Of a stretch of DNA of 64,000 nt, positions 12,430-25,815 are shown in pieces (position 1 is the first letter of the stretch; each line of letters starts with the position of its first letter). The DNA is from Isurus oxyrinchus. Taxonomy: Eukaryota. Both the position numbers and the translations under genes were made by a program. The notes under the pieces were generated by a model. It had not been told where the DNA came from, did no database searches, and was given only the letters and a program-made list of their open reading frames with translations. The stretch lies in assembly GCA_026770705.1 (NCBI GenBank), contig JANJGN010000013.1, forward strand, positions 129,580,001 to 129,644,000. The letters run 5' to 3'.

Positions 12430-15070
12430 TGCAAGTCTGGCAGTGGGCAGGGAAGTTGGATCAATTCCCGCTGAGCGGCGGGACAGCTGAACATGGGAAA
12501 TCTTCCACTGTTCAATTCATTAATTCTGCATCTGCGAGGAGCTCGGTGAATCTTGTGGCGGGGTGGGCAGGAAGTCACCTGCCCAACCATTACCTCATGG
12601 GGTCAAAGATCCTGCTGCCATATTTAAAGGGCACCTGGACGGCCAATCGCTCACTGTAGGCCAGGAGCTCCAGATCTCAACATGTCAAAGAGAAGAAATC
12701 AACCTTCAGCCCCATGGTTCAACACCATCTCCTTTGGAGACTCTCTTCCTGTCCGTCCAGGAAAGACGAGAGGGCTGTTTCCAAAGAATGGGAGCAGGAA
12801 GTCCTTACAGCTGACAACAACAGCCTGGGAGGAGGTTGCCAAGGTGGTTAGCACCCGTGGGACCCAATAAAGGTTTGCAGGAAAAGAATGAATGATCGGC
12901 TGCGCTCTGCCAGGGTAAATGCACTGTCTACTCACTGCAAACTCAAACTTTTCCAAGGGCATCAGTCAATCTAAGGGTTAATATGCACAGAGATGTTATA
13001 CATGACCAGCAGATGGGGCATTAGCACTGAATGTGTGTCAGCTCTGGTGAGCACATTAGACAATGGTCCACAGCCGGGGGAAGCCATCCGCAGATTGGAC
13101 AGGTAGCTGGAGGAGTGAGTCCACATTCTATCTGCTGTCATGGCTCCAGTGAGCGCATGGATGTCTCCACTGGACAGATGGCGGCCGCCTTGGAGACCCA
13201 GGTCCAGCAGTTTCTGCCGGATGTGCACTCAGACCTGCACTCCATTGTTCTAGCCATGGATGTGTTTCAGCAGCGGCTAGGTGAGAAGGGACGGGGCACC
13301 TTGACCTTCCACCAGGTGCCCCTTCTCCTCAAGAAATCAGGGAAGCGCCATCAGATCCCCACACAAAGGAGGTGCGCCAGCCAGGCACCCTGGGGGCATC
13401 CACCCAGGACACTCCAAAGGTGCCCTGCCACTCCACCTCCTCTCTGCCATCAACTATTCCCATCAACTCCAGCAGTTCAGGCCGAGGAGGATGCACCTGC
13501 ACCTGAGCAGGAGGCCCTTAGCAGGCCAGAGCCCTCAAGGCCTTGGGCCACTAAAGGATGTCCGCCAAAGTCATCTCAGTCAGCAGAGCATTGCATTTAG
13601 CGGGCTGCCTCCACTTCAGCTGTGGATGTCGGGACTGCATCTAGATGTAGCGGGACAGTTAGAAAAATTAAAAGGTATTGAATGCCCAGATGTGGCACGT
13701 GTGTACACTCATTGTGTGTAGCCGTCACAATTGTAAATATTTGTTGAATTTGTCCACTTCCAAGTCTCTTGGATTTCATTTTTCTATTAATTTCTTCAAA
13801 GTTTCACAGTCAGTTAAGGCTCCAGAATGTTTGCCCCCAATTGAATCCCATCAGGAACTTAATTGCTTCAGTTCTCCAACATTGTCACCAGAATCAAAAG
13901 TCTATAATCACACATGTGCAACATCAGACAATGACCATCATTTGTCACTGTGCTGCCTGACCAATATTCCTGGCAGCCAATAATCGCTGATAGCCATGCT
14001 TTGCCCTTGGGAGAAGTGCTCATCGAGGTTATTGCATTTACTGTTGCTGTTGCACCGATGTCATTTGTTTGTGGATGGCATTAATAGTCATGGTGACTTA
14101 AATCGGATCTATCTGTCCCAAGTTTCATTTTGCTGTAATCACAACAATTAAAACCCATAGGCTACCATAACTGTCTGGAGGAAGATGTAGTGGGCATGTT
14201 CAATGCTGAATATCCTTCCTTGATGAATTGTCATTTTCAGTGAATATGACGCTGCACTGGGCAAGTGGGGATACAACGGGCATCTTAGCCCTGACCGCAA
14301 GAGGGGTTAGAGTATATGATTTAGGAAGTGTGTGTTCATTATGCTGAAGCAGTTTCCTGAGCTCATGCCTCCTTAGCAAGGGTGTCAGTAGTCCTTGGAT
14401 AAAGGGATAGCATTCAACATGATTAGGAAATCATTGCATCAGGGCTTTCAACAACTTAGGACAAAGGCAGGAATGGCCTTGGGTGTGCTGGACCAGCTCG
14501 AGGACTGTGATGCTCTCAATGTGATGCATAGCCAACTATGGAGGCCTCTGCAGGGTCCAAGCAGGAAACAATGCCACCTTGGCTCGTGTGTCAAAAATGA
14601 GTTTTCAAGGTCTCGCCCTAATGCAAAGGCCATCTAGGACAGACACTTTTAAAGGTTTTGACAATTGCAGGGTCCCGAATGGTTGCACCTCAGCAAACCA
14701 TAGTCCTGGTGAGGCATTCTCAGTGAGGACACTGCAAAGAAACCTCGAAAGCTAACTCCATGATCAATATTTCAAGGCTTCTAGTTTTATGATGTGCAAC
14801 TGGCAGTTGGGGGACATTAGCAAGATGAAGTCTCATCAATCTGCATTGAGGAACGCTGTTAAGGAGACATACGGTGCTCTCATGCTGCTACTCCCTATTG
14901 AGCCATCCATTTGGTTAAGCCTGAAAGAGTGATATGTCTGGTCTGTATGCCTTAGTGAGGAGGTCTCAGGGTGACAGGAGTACATCCTTGGCTAAATTTG
15001 AGTTTCAGCGACTTATAAGCTGCCATACACACTGACTTGGTGGGGGAAGGGTGAAAGTACTATTCCATGT
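12430..15070. mobile_element. Decayed PIF/Harbinger element: Myb/SANT gene remnant (+, ~12680-13680) and transposase remnant (-, ~14100-15060)
   Basis: 'APWF...AWEEVAKVVS' Myb/SANT-like peptide; minus-strand 'YPFIQGLLTPL' resembles the GYPxxxWLMTP transposase motif. Termini not resolved. Confidence 0.55.
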
Positions 15071-15079
15071 GATGTGAGG

Positions 15080-16207
15080 TCAGCCTTTGACAAGGCAGCA
15101 TTTGACTGAGTGTGGCATCAAGGAGCTCTAGTAAAACTGAACTCAATCGGAATCAGGGGAAAACTCTTTGGAGTCACACCTAGCCCAAAGGAAGATGGTT
15201 CTGGTTGTTGAGGTCAATCAACTCTGTCCCGGGACATCAATGGAGGAGTTCCTCATGATAGTGTCCTAGGCCCAACCACCTTCAGCTGTTTCATCAATGA
15301 CCTTGCTTCCATCATAAGGTCAGAAGTGGGGATGTTTGCAGATGATTGCACAATATTCAGCACCATTCACAACTCTGCAGATACTGAAGCAGTCTGTGTC
15401 CTATGCAGCAAGACCTGGGCAACATTAAGACTTGGGCTGATAAGTGGCAAGTAATATTCATGCCACACAAGTGTCAGGCAGTGACCATCTCCAACAAAAG
15501 AGAATCCAACCATCTCCCTTGACCTTTAATGGGTTACCATCGCTGAATCCTGGGGTTGCCAAACGGCCAGAAACTGAATTGGACCAGCCATATAAATGCT
15601 GTGGCTACAAGGGTAGGTCAAGGGCTGGGAATTAACTCACCTTCTGTGGAGATTAACTCACCTCCTGATTCCCCAAAGTCTGTCCACCTTCTACAAGGCA
15701 CAAGTCAGGAGTGTGATGGAATACTCTCCACTTGTCCGGATGAATGTGGCTCCAACAACACACAAGGGGCTCAAAACCATCCAGGACAAAGTAGCTCGCT
15801 TGATTGACACCCCATCCACCACAATAAACATTCACTCCCTCCACCACCAACACAGTGGCAGCAGTACATACAAGATGCACTGCAGCAACTCACCAAGGTT
15901 CCTTTGACAGCATCTTCCAAACCCGTGACCTCTACCACCTAGATGGACAAGGGCAATAGGTGCATGGGGATACCACCACTTGCAAATTCCCCTCCAAGCC
16001 ACACACCATCCTGACTTGGAACTATACCACCATTCCTTTACTGTTGCTGGGTCAAAATCCTGGAACTCCCTCCGTCAGAGCACTCTGGGTCTATCTACAC
16101 CACATAGATTGCAGTGGTTCAAGAATGTGGCTCACCCCCATCTTCTCAAGGGCAATATAAATGCTGTCTTAGCCACATCCACATCCCACAAAAAGAATTA
16201 AAAAAAT
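15080..16207 (+). mobile_element. CR1/L2-group LINE 3' half (second family)
   Basis: GVPHDSVLGPTTFSCFINDL, GMFADDC, KLNWTSHIN and NIHSLHH motifs; ends in the tail shared with the SINE and an A-rich end. Confidence 0.88.
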
Positions 16208-16479
16208 GTAAAGTTGCCTAGGCCATGGGAGAAGGAGTGCAGTTAAGATTCTACAGCAGCCATGTATCGCCAGGGCTACCCGTTTAACTGTGGTTTAGCA
16301 CATTCAAAGGACAAACCCAACATCAGGGCAGACAGTGACTACTGATACTTCCTTAATCTCTAAGAAAGCATGGAACTTTTGCGAGAAATTCTCTCTGACG
16401 GAAAAGGTGCCGGAGCCTTCCAACCAGCAAAGGACAGAAAAACAAACAAGTGTGAGAATGTGTAGGCACATTACTCCTG

Positions 16480-17780
16480 CTAGAATCTTGTAGCTATCAG
16501 ATTGTCACAGGCAAGTCTGCCGTGTCGTACCCGTGCTATAGCCTCTTCATGTGGCTCATCGACATTCTGGCCCTTGTCAGGTCCATTCCCTTCAATGTCC
16601 TCTTCATCGCAGGAGACTTCTTGCCCCTCCATGTCTCCCTCAGGGAAAACATCTCCCCTTTGCAGTGCTAGGTTGTGCAGTGCGCAGCAATGATGATCCA
16701 TGACACTCTCTGTGGCGAGTATTGGAGCGTCCCGCCTGAGTGGTCCAAGCACCAGAAACGCATCTTCAGCAGGCCTATCGTCTGCTCTATCAATGACCTG
16801 ATGGAGGCATTTGCAGCATTGTATCTCTCTTCAGCAGCACTATATGGATGGCAAACAGGTGTCGTCAGCCACGTCTTCTAGAGGTATACGTTGTCCCTGA
16901 AGAGCAAGCCCCGTAAGTGCCTAGGTGTCTCAAAGGCCTGTGGTACCTGTGAGTGGATCAGGATGTAAGAGTTGTGAGATTTCCCTGTGTACCTGGTACA
17001 AATGTGCAGGATTTGCCTTCTGTGATCACAAATTAGCTAGACATTCAGATTGTGAAATCCTTTTCGATTGATGAATCTCTCAGGCTGCTGCCAGGGAGCT
17101 CCCAAGGTCACATGTGTGCAGTCAATGGTGTTCTGCACTTGGGGAAACCAGATATTGCTGCAAATCCCACGCTCTGGCAGCCTGACTTTCAAAACCATGT
17201 GGAACTGGACATGCTGGTGAGCTCTAGCGAACAAGGCATCTGTCACCTATCGTGTTGCTGATTGGGAGATGCTGCAAAGATTCTCATTGGAGCCCTGGAA
17301 GGACCCACTGGCAAAAAAGTTCAGTGCGGCAGTTATCTTTGATGCCACCAGCATGGCATGCCCTGCAAGTCCTTACAGCATCAGTTCTTCATGGAGAAGG
17401 TGGCAAGTGTGAGCTACCACACCCCTGGACAAGCAAAGGCACCTGTGGCATTATCTTTCGCTCATTTCCATATACGAGCAGCACCTTCGATATACCCGTG
17501 ATTGGGTCATTGGTCTTCAGTGCACTTGTCCCTCTTTGGAAGCATTTTGGACTTCTTGGGGTCCCGCTTACTCTTGCTGCTCAGGCCACTGCTCCTCCTG
17601 GGCCTGTGCCAATCAACGATGGGCCCTTCTTCTCCTCATTCGTATTAGAACAAGAACCGGCAGGATTGCTTGCAGCCAGCATTCTCCACGCCTCTTTGTA
17701 TCTGTCACCGAATAGATTTGACAACTTAATTAAGCTTTCCCTTAACTGGTTTCCCTCCATCTCCAAGCCAGAAGGCCACT
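16480..17780 (-). pseudogene. PIF/Harbinger (HARBI1-like) transposase remnant; the element probably extends to a TIR-like end at ~19580
   Basis: FPQVQNTIDCTHV...INRKGFHNLNV and CCALHNLALQRG, with an acidic C-terminus; frameshifted. Confidence 0.85.
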
Positions 17781-19592
17781 GCTAAGCCCTTTGTTTGGCC
17801 TCCATCTAGACATGGCATTCCCAGTCCACCCCTTCCAGGTGAGGGGACATCCTGGAGGACCACAGGTGGCTGCTCTTCCCCTTTCTAAATAACTGGGCAT
17901 GCAGACCTTGATGAGGGTGATTACAGATATGTGCGAGAACTCTCCGTCAGTCAATTGCCAGCTTGCCTCCATGAGCCTAGACTCTCTACAGAGAGAACAT
18001 ATCCTTGGCATAATGGGAAGGGTTTAAGCATAATGTCTTACAGCCAGTAGCATTTTTCTGGGATTAATGAGGCTTGGAACGTGCATCTAGCTGCTGCCCA
18101 GCAGTCGTACCTCTTGAATGAATTCACCTCCATCCCTTTCTTCATGCCTTTGTCTAAAACTGATGGCCAATCACACCTATTCAACTTCAGACCTTAAGAC
18201 TTCTTGCAGAAGTGCACCCCATTAGTCAGGGAGCAATGCTCCGTCAATGGGCATTTTAACCTCGAGAACAGTACTCAGCTGAGCCTGGTTCTCCATGGTT
18301 TGAGCAAATAATAGGGTGGCCCTTCAGTCAGCTCAAAAGAGGAGTCATAAACACCTCCCAACTGCTTCGAGATCCCTCTCATATCATTTTTTTCCTGATT
18401 TTGCTTTTAGAACTGCGTCATAACTAGGCAAAGGGGGTGATAGTTTCTCTTAGATTTATAAGTGCTTCCAGCATATTCCAACCTCCCATTCACCCACCAA
18501 GTTCCTTCCATCTTTCTCCACAGTCACTGCCTCCTCATTCCACTCCCTCCTGTGACCATTCAGCCGCCCCCCATAACCCTTCACTCCACTATTATTTATG
18601 TTGATATTCCTGTTCCCTCCCCCATTCCCTACAATGTTGAAGTCCCCATGCCCCTCATTAATTTGACCCCTCTCATTCTCAAGGTCATCTGCACCCTTAC
18701 TTTTAGAGACCAAACACCAACCCCCCCACCCCATGAGACCATCCACTACCCCCCCATGACATTGGAACTACCAACATACCGGATCCAAATGCCTCCCTTG
18801 CATGTGACCAAGCCCTCTGCGTCCAAGTACCAGGCATCAAACCCCCAGGACAAAATGCAGTAGACGACAGACCACACCCTTCACACAATTCAATGTAACA
18901 TCGTCATTGCCCAGAGAGGCCTTCCCCCACCCAACACCGGGATTGAGACAGGTGTACCATGCTGAGCCCTCTAACATGCCTTTGACAGTCTGGCCTCATT
19001 CCCCAGACAGTCGCTTCAGCATGCCCCCAACAGTCTGGCCTCATTCCCTGTACAGTCTCCCTTCCCTGGACAGTCTCTTCAACATGCTCCCCTACTCCAG
19101 ACAGTCTTTAACCCTTCCCTAGACAATCTCTTCAACATGCCCCCAGACAGTCTTTCACCCGCCCTCTGTTCCTTTCCCTCCCCCAAGTCCTGCCTCCATC
19201 TCATCCTTGCCCTCTGGTCCTTTCCCCACACCCCACCATCCCCATGTCCTGTCTCTGTCTCACCTTTGCCCTCCAGCCCTTCTGCCCCCTAGTCCCACCT
19301 CTATCTTTCCCCTCCTTGCTGTCTGTGCCTCCTGTGTCCAGCCTTAGCACAGCTTGTGCTATAGGCACCCGATATGGAGCAGTTAAGGTTTTATAGGAAG
19401 ATAAAAGCAGCACCTACTGACCTCAAATTCGTGGATGAAGTGACACGTAGCAGGTGCGCGCTACTTATATACAATCATAAAATAGAACATTCTAATTACT
19501 TGCTGGTGGGGACTCATGCCAAATTAAGTGCCCCGACCCACCACGATTCCCACTGCTGGCTGGAGCGGAAGATTACACCCTTGTCTGAGGAG

Positions 19593-20359
19593 TGTTATGG
19601 CACAGCCGATGGTAAATGCTGAGTTGTTTAAATCCCAAAGGGAAACTTGAAACAATTGCCACCACTTGTTTTGGAATTTTTATATATTTTGAGATGCATG
19701 CCCTGAATTCAGTAGTATTAAGAGCACCAAGTCTTATAGGTTTTTACAAAACTAGATTAAACATTTATTAATAGAAGAAATGACTTTAAATACATACATA
19801 GATATACAAATTACTGCTATGATAATTTCTAACTTCCCTAATCAATCTAACTCCCAGTTACACTTTCGTTAAGGCAACAGTAGGACACATAGATTTTAAA
19901 AGACCCAGGCAAAGAAACATGATACCCTGAACAAGTCAACTTCCAAGTGAGTTTTCTTAACTTCAATCCTTTGAAGACAACAGCCTGAGGCATAAAGCTG
20001 AAGGCTTTTTCACACACTTGTAAAATCTTAAAAATGCCTTCCCTTACACACAGCCCTTTCTCCTTCTTTTATACATATCTTTCTCTTTGATTGCAAATAT
20101 CCATTGTTTCACTATGTCTTTGGACTTTGTATCCCTGATAATGAAGCTCTCTCATTGCACTAAGTTTTACCAGTAATCTTTGGGAAAAATAAACACACTG
20201 TTTCTAAACTTCACCTGGTTAGCTGACATATTTCACCCCTCCTTTGAAAACAATCTAGTCGGTTTATTTCAAAATGCAAATGTTCCCTTGACACCTATGT
20301 TTCTAAACTTACGCACACACACACAATAACATTATGAGAATTATTATATCTTCTTGACA
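19593..20359 (-). mobile_element. Solo LTR (Gypsy-type by its 4-bp TSD)
   Basis: TG...CA ends with TSD GGAG at 19589-92 and 20360-63. On the minus strand there is a TATA-like tgtataaag near 20070 and AATAAA near 19767. Confidence 0.78.
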
Positions 20360-21139
20360 GGAGACCCCAGGGTCAAAATCCTGGAACTCTGTCTCTAACA
20401 GCACTGTGGGTGGACCTATACTACATGGTCTGCAGCAATTCAAGAAGGCAGCTCACCACCATCTTCTCAAGGGCAATTAGGGATGGGCAATAAATGCTGG
20501 CCTAGCCAGCAAAGCCCACATCCCGTAAAATGAATTGTAAAAAAAAAATCAATGAAAGGAGCTGCTTTATATTTTCCCGTTCGAACATTGTACGACTCTG
20601 AAATTCACACTCACAACACATCCGAAAACAGATGAATTACTCATTCACCACATGTAGGACCTTACCATCCCATAATGGCTGCTGCATTTGCTATAACAAC
20701 AGTAACTGCACTTCAAATATAACTCATAGGTCAAATATAATTCATAGGTCATTAAGTGCATTGAAATGTTCTGAGGATAGGACACTGTGTTTCATAAAAG
20801 CAAGTTTTCTTTTTTCTCAAGCAGGATTTCAACAAAATGGAACTCCTTACCTGTCCTTCCCTGTACAACGTCAGGCTTTTAAACCTAAGAATGGTGACAC
20901 CTAATCAGTTTTTTTCCTGTTTCAATGCACCATTTTTACTTGTTATTCTACACCATGAGCCTTGTTTCTAATTTACTTAGATGCTTTACCTTAGCTCACC
21001 TTCCACCTAGTGATGAAGAAGTAAAAATTGCCCATATAAGCATGTGATAAAAATCAATATCATTGTGAAATTGTGCACTAATGTTTAGTAATTGCATTAA
21101 GTGCCTTCTACGAAGAGTGAACTTGACTCATTTGATTAT

Positions 21140-21600
21140 TGAATCTAGCTTCACAGGAGCAATATCAAACAAATTTTCACACAGAGCAACGTAAGGAGAT
21201 CTTGGTACAAGTGACCAAATGCATGGTCAAAGAGATTGGTATAAAGGTGTGTCTTAAAAGAAGAGAGAGAGAGATCAAAAGGCCAGAGGCTCAGAAAGGG
21301 AATTCAAGAGCCTTGGTCCAGGCGGCTGAGGGTGTAGCCACCAATGGTGGAGCAATTAAAATTGAAATGGTGCAAGAGTCTAGAACTGGAGGAGCGCAAA
21401 GATTTTGAAGGGGTGCAGGGTTGAAGGAGGTTACAGAGATAGGGAGGGGTGAGATCATGGAGGGAATTTGAAAAAAATAACGTGAATTTTAAAACAGAGG
21501 TAAAGCCAGACCAGAAGTTGATAACAGTGAGAACTAGGCCAATGGGTAAATGGGATACAGTGTAAGCTAAGAATTGGTCACAGGGTTTAGAATAAATTCA
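21140..21600 (-). mobile_element. L2 LINE 3' fragment
   Basis: Shares gccaccaatggtggag...aggttacagagatagggagggg motifs with the L2 fragments at 43930-44330 and 57800-58580. Confidence 0.65.
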
Positions 21601-21720
21601 AAGGAATGGTACCCACTCCTTCACATTAATGTGGAGATGTAGATCTGTTTTCATAAAATCTTTATTATCCTTTCAGCTTCTATAGAGTTTCCTGTATTGC
21701 AAGCTGACCTCTGACATCAA

Positions 21721-22415
21721 GGACAGCATTTCCAGGATGGCATGTGGGGGCGGGGGTGGGACCCGCATGCCGACTCATAAAGTGACACGGGGTGACTTTG
21801 GGCATGTGTCCCGATGTCATTCCACGTCATTTAGATTTTCAGTTTGGTGGGTGCGCAGCTGAGTCAGTTGCTTGTGCGCTGGCCTGTCAACAGCCTTTTA
21901 AGGCCATTAAAAAAGTAATTAAAATGATTAATCTTAATGTCCAACCTTAAGGTTGGTAGGCAGGCGAAGAGCCCAGGCGGCCTTCTGAAAACACATGAAG
22001 CTTCATCCATGGGCGGGATGAGGTTTCATGAGGGATTTAAAATGTTCAGAAAATTTTTAAATAAAAGTCACGGACATGTCCTAGCTCACGTGACAGTGTC
22101 GTATGAGGGGACATGTCAGGAAAATATTTTCTTACTTTTAGTAAAATTTTATAAGTTCAACCAATCTCCCTGAGGCAGCACTTTGCCTCAGGGAGATCTG
22201 TGCGCTCTTCTGCATGCATGCATGAAAGAGCGCACAGACCTGCTCAAGGAAACCCCCCTGCCCGCACAGGGAGCGCATAGTGCTTCCGGGTGGATGTCAC
22301 TCTGGGCAGGTCTTAATTGGCCCACACATGTAAAATGGCGGCGTGCCCCCATCGGGAACCCACCTGCTCGCACCCGCTCCTGCACAAACCCCCCAATGGG
22401 GGGAAAATGCTGCCC
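21721..22415. mobile_element. Harbinger MITE, ~700 bp (same family as 54933-55621)
   Basis: TIR ggacagcattt / aaaatgctgccc; TSD CAA/CAA; internal hairpin tccctgaggcagc...gcctcaggga. Confidence 0.82.
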
Positions 22416-23309
22416 CAAGTAAAGCTCTGCCTAAGAGCTGACAGAGATTGAGCTTTAGCTTAACAAGTGATGGTGTGTGAAAATAGACTAGGTTGGCTCT
22501 CACTCATATTCTCTTCAGGTTTCCCTTTTGAATCCTCACTAATAGCCAAGCTGAGATGTAGGAAATCACAGGAACCTACATCTCACAAAATCATGCTGCT
22601 AACTTTAAAGGGCAATCTCAAACCAGTAACCTGACTCCAATTAAGTCTGGTCGTTTAAAATAAAACACAAGCTTTAGTCTTTATATTGTTAATCCATCTC
22701 ATGAAAAGCAGGTGGCTGCTTAATCTATCTTCACTTATTAAACTAAACTTCAATTTCTGTCAACGCTTTGGGAGCTTGATGTCAGAGATCACCTTGCAAT
22801 ATAGCAAAACTCTATAAAAGATGAAAGGATAACCAAGATTTTCTGAAAACAGACTTACATCTCCAGATTGATGTGAGGAAGTGGGTGCTCTGAGAAGTGC
22901 CTTCCCTCCCCCAATGCTTCTGCACCTGGTTTGGGGAAGTGCTGTAAATGTGGATAGTTAAAATTTTGGGACAACTCAAATGTAGGCGCTTACTGCTGTC
23001 ACCATGAGGATTTCACTGGAACATAATGGTAGGGTAGCGACATTTTTATACTACAAAATTCTGATGTGGGAAAACTACCAAGAGGTGCAATAAAAGGGTT
23101 ATTCCCTCTAGGCTTAAGTGATTTGCAAAAGGAGCATTTTGAGCTGTTGCAAGTCCGTCACTGACAGTGTATGGTGGTGACAGCAATTTGAAGTGATGCA
23201 TTAGTATCACACAAGTTAAATTTGCATAACTTTAACATGGTTTGGTCTCATTTTTTTTCCTGTTTTATCACAGTGTGAAATATTCCTAATGATAAAACAC
23301 TGCTTACAT

Positions 23310-23620
23310 GCAGAATCCTCCTCCTTCAGGTACCATGCCTAAGAGGGTGTTGGCAACCATGGACTTCCATTGGATTGGGCCTTGGTTATGCTTGGCAAAG
23401 TACTGCACTGGTTTGCCATTGCCTTCTGCAATATGGCTGACCAGGAAACTCTCCTGCTTTTATTGCCTGACAGTGGGGCTATTGGAAGGATTTACAGGCT
23501 GATGAGCAAGCTGTTTGGCCAGATTATGAATGCACCTTCCGTGGCCATCAAGTCCTGATGTGGGACTTGAACTCAGAGCTTCTGTCCCTGAAGCAGGGAC
23601 GCTAACCCCTGTGCCACAAG
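23310..23620 (-). mobile_element. tRNA-headed SINE with an RTE/CORE-like motif
   Basis: gggacttgaactc (B-box on the minus strand) and ggtttgccattgccttct. Confidence 0.5.
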
Positions 23621-23747
23621 GCCTCCACCACCATGCAGAATGCTTATGCTTCCCTCTGATGGGATTTAGTATCCATCACTATTAAAGGCATGTCCATCAT
23701 TCACAAAGCAGCCCACAAATCCATTGAAATATGACCTCCACACCTAC

Positions 23748-23861
23748 CTCTAGTTCCATATGAACACAGCAAGCTAGGCCCTCTCTGGCGACAGCTTCTA
23801 ATGCATCCCTGCTGAGTCCAAAATAATATCCACTGTACTTAATCGTCTCAATAAATTTCCC
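23748..23861 (-). CDS. LRGUK: LRGUK internal exon: GKFIETIKYSGYYFGLSRDALEAVAREGLACCVHMELE
   Basis: ttttgtgcag acceptor, gtaggt donor; 114 nt, phase 0 to 0. Matches recalled LRGUK 'GKFILTFSYGNHKYGLNRDTVEGIARDGLASCIHMEIE'. Lies inside ORF 23697..23954. Confidence 0.93.
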
Positions 23862-25371
23862 CTGCACAAAAGGACAAAATGGTTCAAATGAAGATGGCAA
23901 CCAATAGCTCAATGTATTACACAAGTATATGAAATGGCAATGAGATTTTCCCACTTTGATGCAAAAATAATTTTGGGAATTTTAGAGCAATATATTTCTT
24001 AACCTGCCTTATACAATGTTTGCTTTTTATCTTAAAAGATCACATTGAAAATGTTTTACTAATTCCATCTCTTCTTTCTGCTGGCTCACACTATTTTGGA
24101 GTTTGGAACACATTTGGAACACTGGCATGCTCACACCAAAGATATTACCAGTTAAGACTTTTGATGTATTTTTATGCTTCAAACCAGAAACAAGCTGATG
24201 GGTATCCCTGGCGTGACCAACTAAATGAGGATAAATTGGGTCCTGTACCAATAAATGTCACCTTCAATAACTTAACATTAGAAAACTGATGCATCAGTCA
24301 ACATTAAACAGCATGTCTCTCCATCTAATATTTTTTAGCTTGTTTCACATCCATTTTCTGGGGAAAATCTTTTATACTGAGGAACAGTTTTAAGCTGCCC
24401 CATTGTAGAAAAGTCATAAGAGCGTGTGCTACGTAGATTCATCAGGATCAGCCATGCTCTTGTTGAATGGCAAAACAGGTTCAAGAGGATGGTTACCTGG
24501 CCTGTTTCTATGCTGTTGCAGCATGGCATGCTTTGCCATGGACAGAAGTCAAGGTTGAGGTCACTGTGTCTTTTAAGGGGTAGTCGAGTGGAGCAGATGA
24601 AAGACTATGAGGGAAGAGCCCAGCAGTCAGGTTATTTTTAAAATGATTCAGTTGGCACAGACACAAATGGATGAAGTGTTGTCCTTCTGTACTGCAAGCT
24701 AATATGGTTCTAAACATATAATTTGGCTGTTAGAAATAGTGAATCTCACCTTGTAGGAAATCAAATAAACATCTTTAGAGATTCAGGCCTTGAAATTATG
24801 ATATTGATATTAGCATGCCAAAACTTAAAATGTTTGGACTGCCTGTATCTGCTATTTATACAGATTAACTCTTATGTTAAAATAATGGACCAAAGGATTG
24901 CATACAAAAGTGTTTGTACACTAATACTTGCACAGAGAAATTCTTTTCAGGCTGCAATCCAATAACAAAAGGTGCATCTACAATTCTATCAGTCTGAAAA
25001 AGTGCGTTAATGGAAGTCCTTTGCATGATGCCTGCAATAACTTATGGAAAATAATTTTCATTGAATGGTGCCAACAGCACTCACAATTTAACAAAAAGAT
25101 TCATCAAATCAAAATAGATGGGAAAAACATAACAACATTCAAATTAATCGCTCGTCGTGTGCAAATTGGCTGTCATGTTTCCTACATTATAACAATATTT
25201 CAAAAGTGTCTCATTGGCTAAAAAGCACTTTCAGACATCCTGAAATCATAAAAGGCACTGTATATAGGCAAATCTCTCTTTCTATTCTTTGCAGCTGTTT
25301 GGTGTTCAGAGTACTTTTAGTAAAACTACAATTTAAAATAAGCAGAAATTGAACCTAACTCAACTCTAGGG

Positions 25372-25815
25372 AATAAAAGCAGAAAATGCCGGAAATACTC
25401 AACAGGTCTAGCAGCATCTGTGGAGAGAGAAACAGAGTTAACATTTCAGGTTGATAACCATTCATCAGAACTGGGAAAAGTTAGAAATGTAATATAGGTC
25501 TTAAGAAGGGTAAAAAGGCAGGGAGGGTGGAGAAAAAGAAAAGGGAATATCTGTAATAGGATGGGAGACCGGAGAGATTAAATGACAAAACGGCTCATGG
25601 TGCAAGCCCAAAGGGAGTGGTAACGCGACAAGTAAAGAAACAACAATATATCTAGAAGAAGTGTGAATGGCAGAATCATAAACTGCTGCTGTCCGAAAAC
25701 AAAAAAAAAGGTAAATGAGAATAACAAAAAAAAAACCAAAATCAGCTGAGAGAAAGGAAACAAAATGGGGGAAGAAGGAACAACTTAAAATTGTTGAATT
25801 CAATGTTGAGAGCCA
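25372..25815 (-). mobile_element. Penelope-like element 3' end / pseudo-LTR fragment
   Basis: Ends the GIY-YIG ORF with 'LNIEFNNFK', like 63305, and shares the pLTR sequence with 45480 and 62840. Confidence 0.8.
25436..25472 (-). ncRNA. Minimal type I hammerhead ribozyme motif, canonical core
   Basis: Minus strand reads AGTT-CTGATGA-A-TGGTT atc AACCT-GAAA-TGTT-AACT: stem I, core, stem II, GAAA and a short stem III with CpG decay. Confidence 0.65.

Noticed and set aside
18960-19160. Short ccagacagtct-type repeats as a CRISPR-like array
   Set aside because: Irregular degenerate minisatellite without unique spacers, in a eukaryotic TE context.
20851-20884. Possible 34-nt minus-strand micro-exon (ttag|GTTTAAAAGCC...GGACAG|gtaagg)
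   Set aside because: The acceptor is weak, it would frameshift LRGUK, and the neighbouring exons join in frame with uninterrupted homology.
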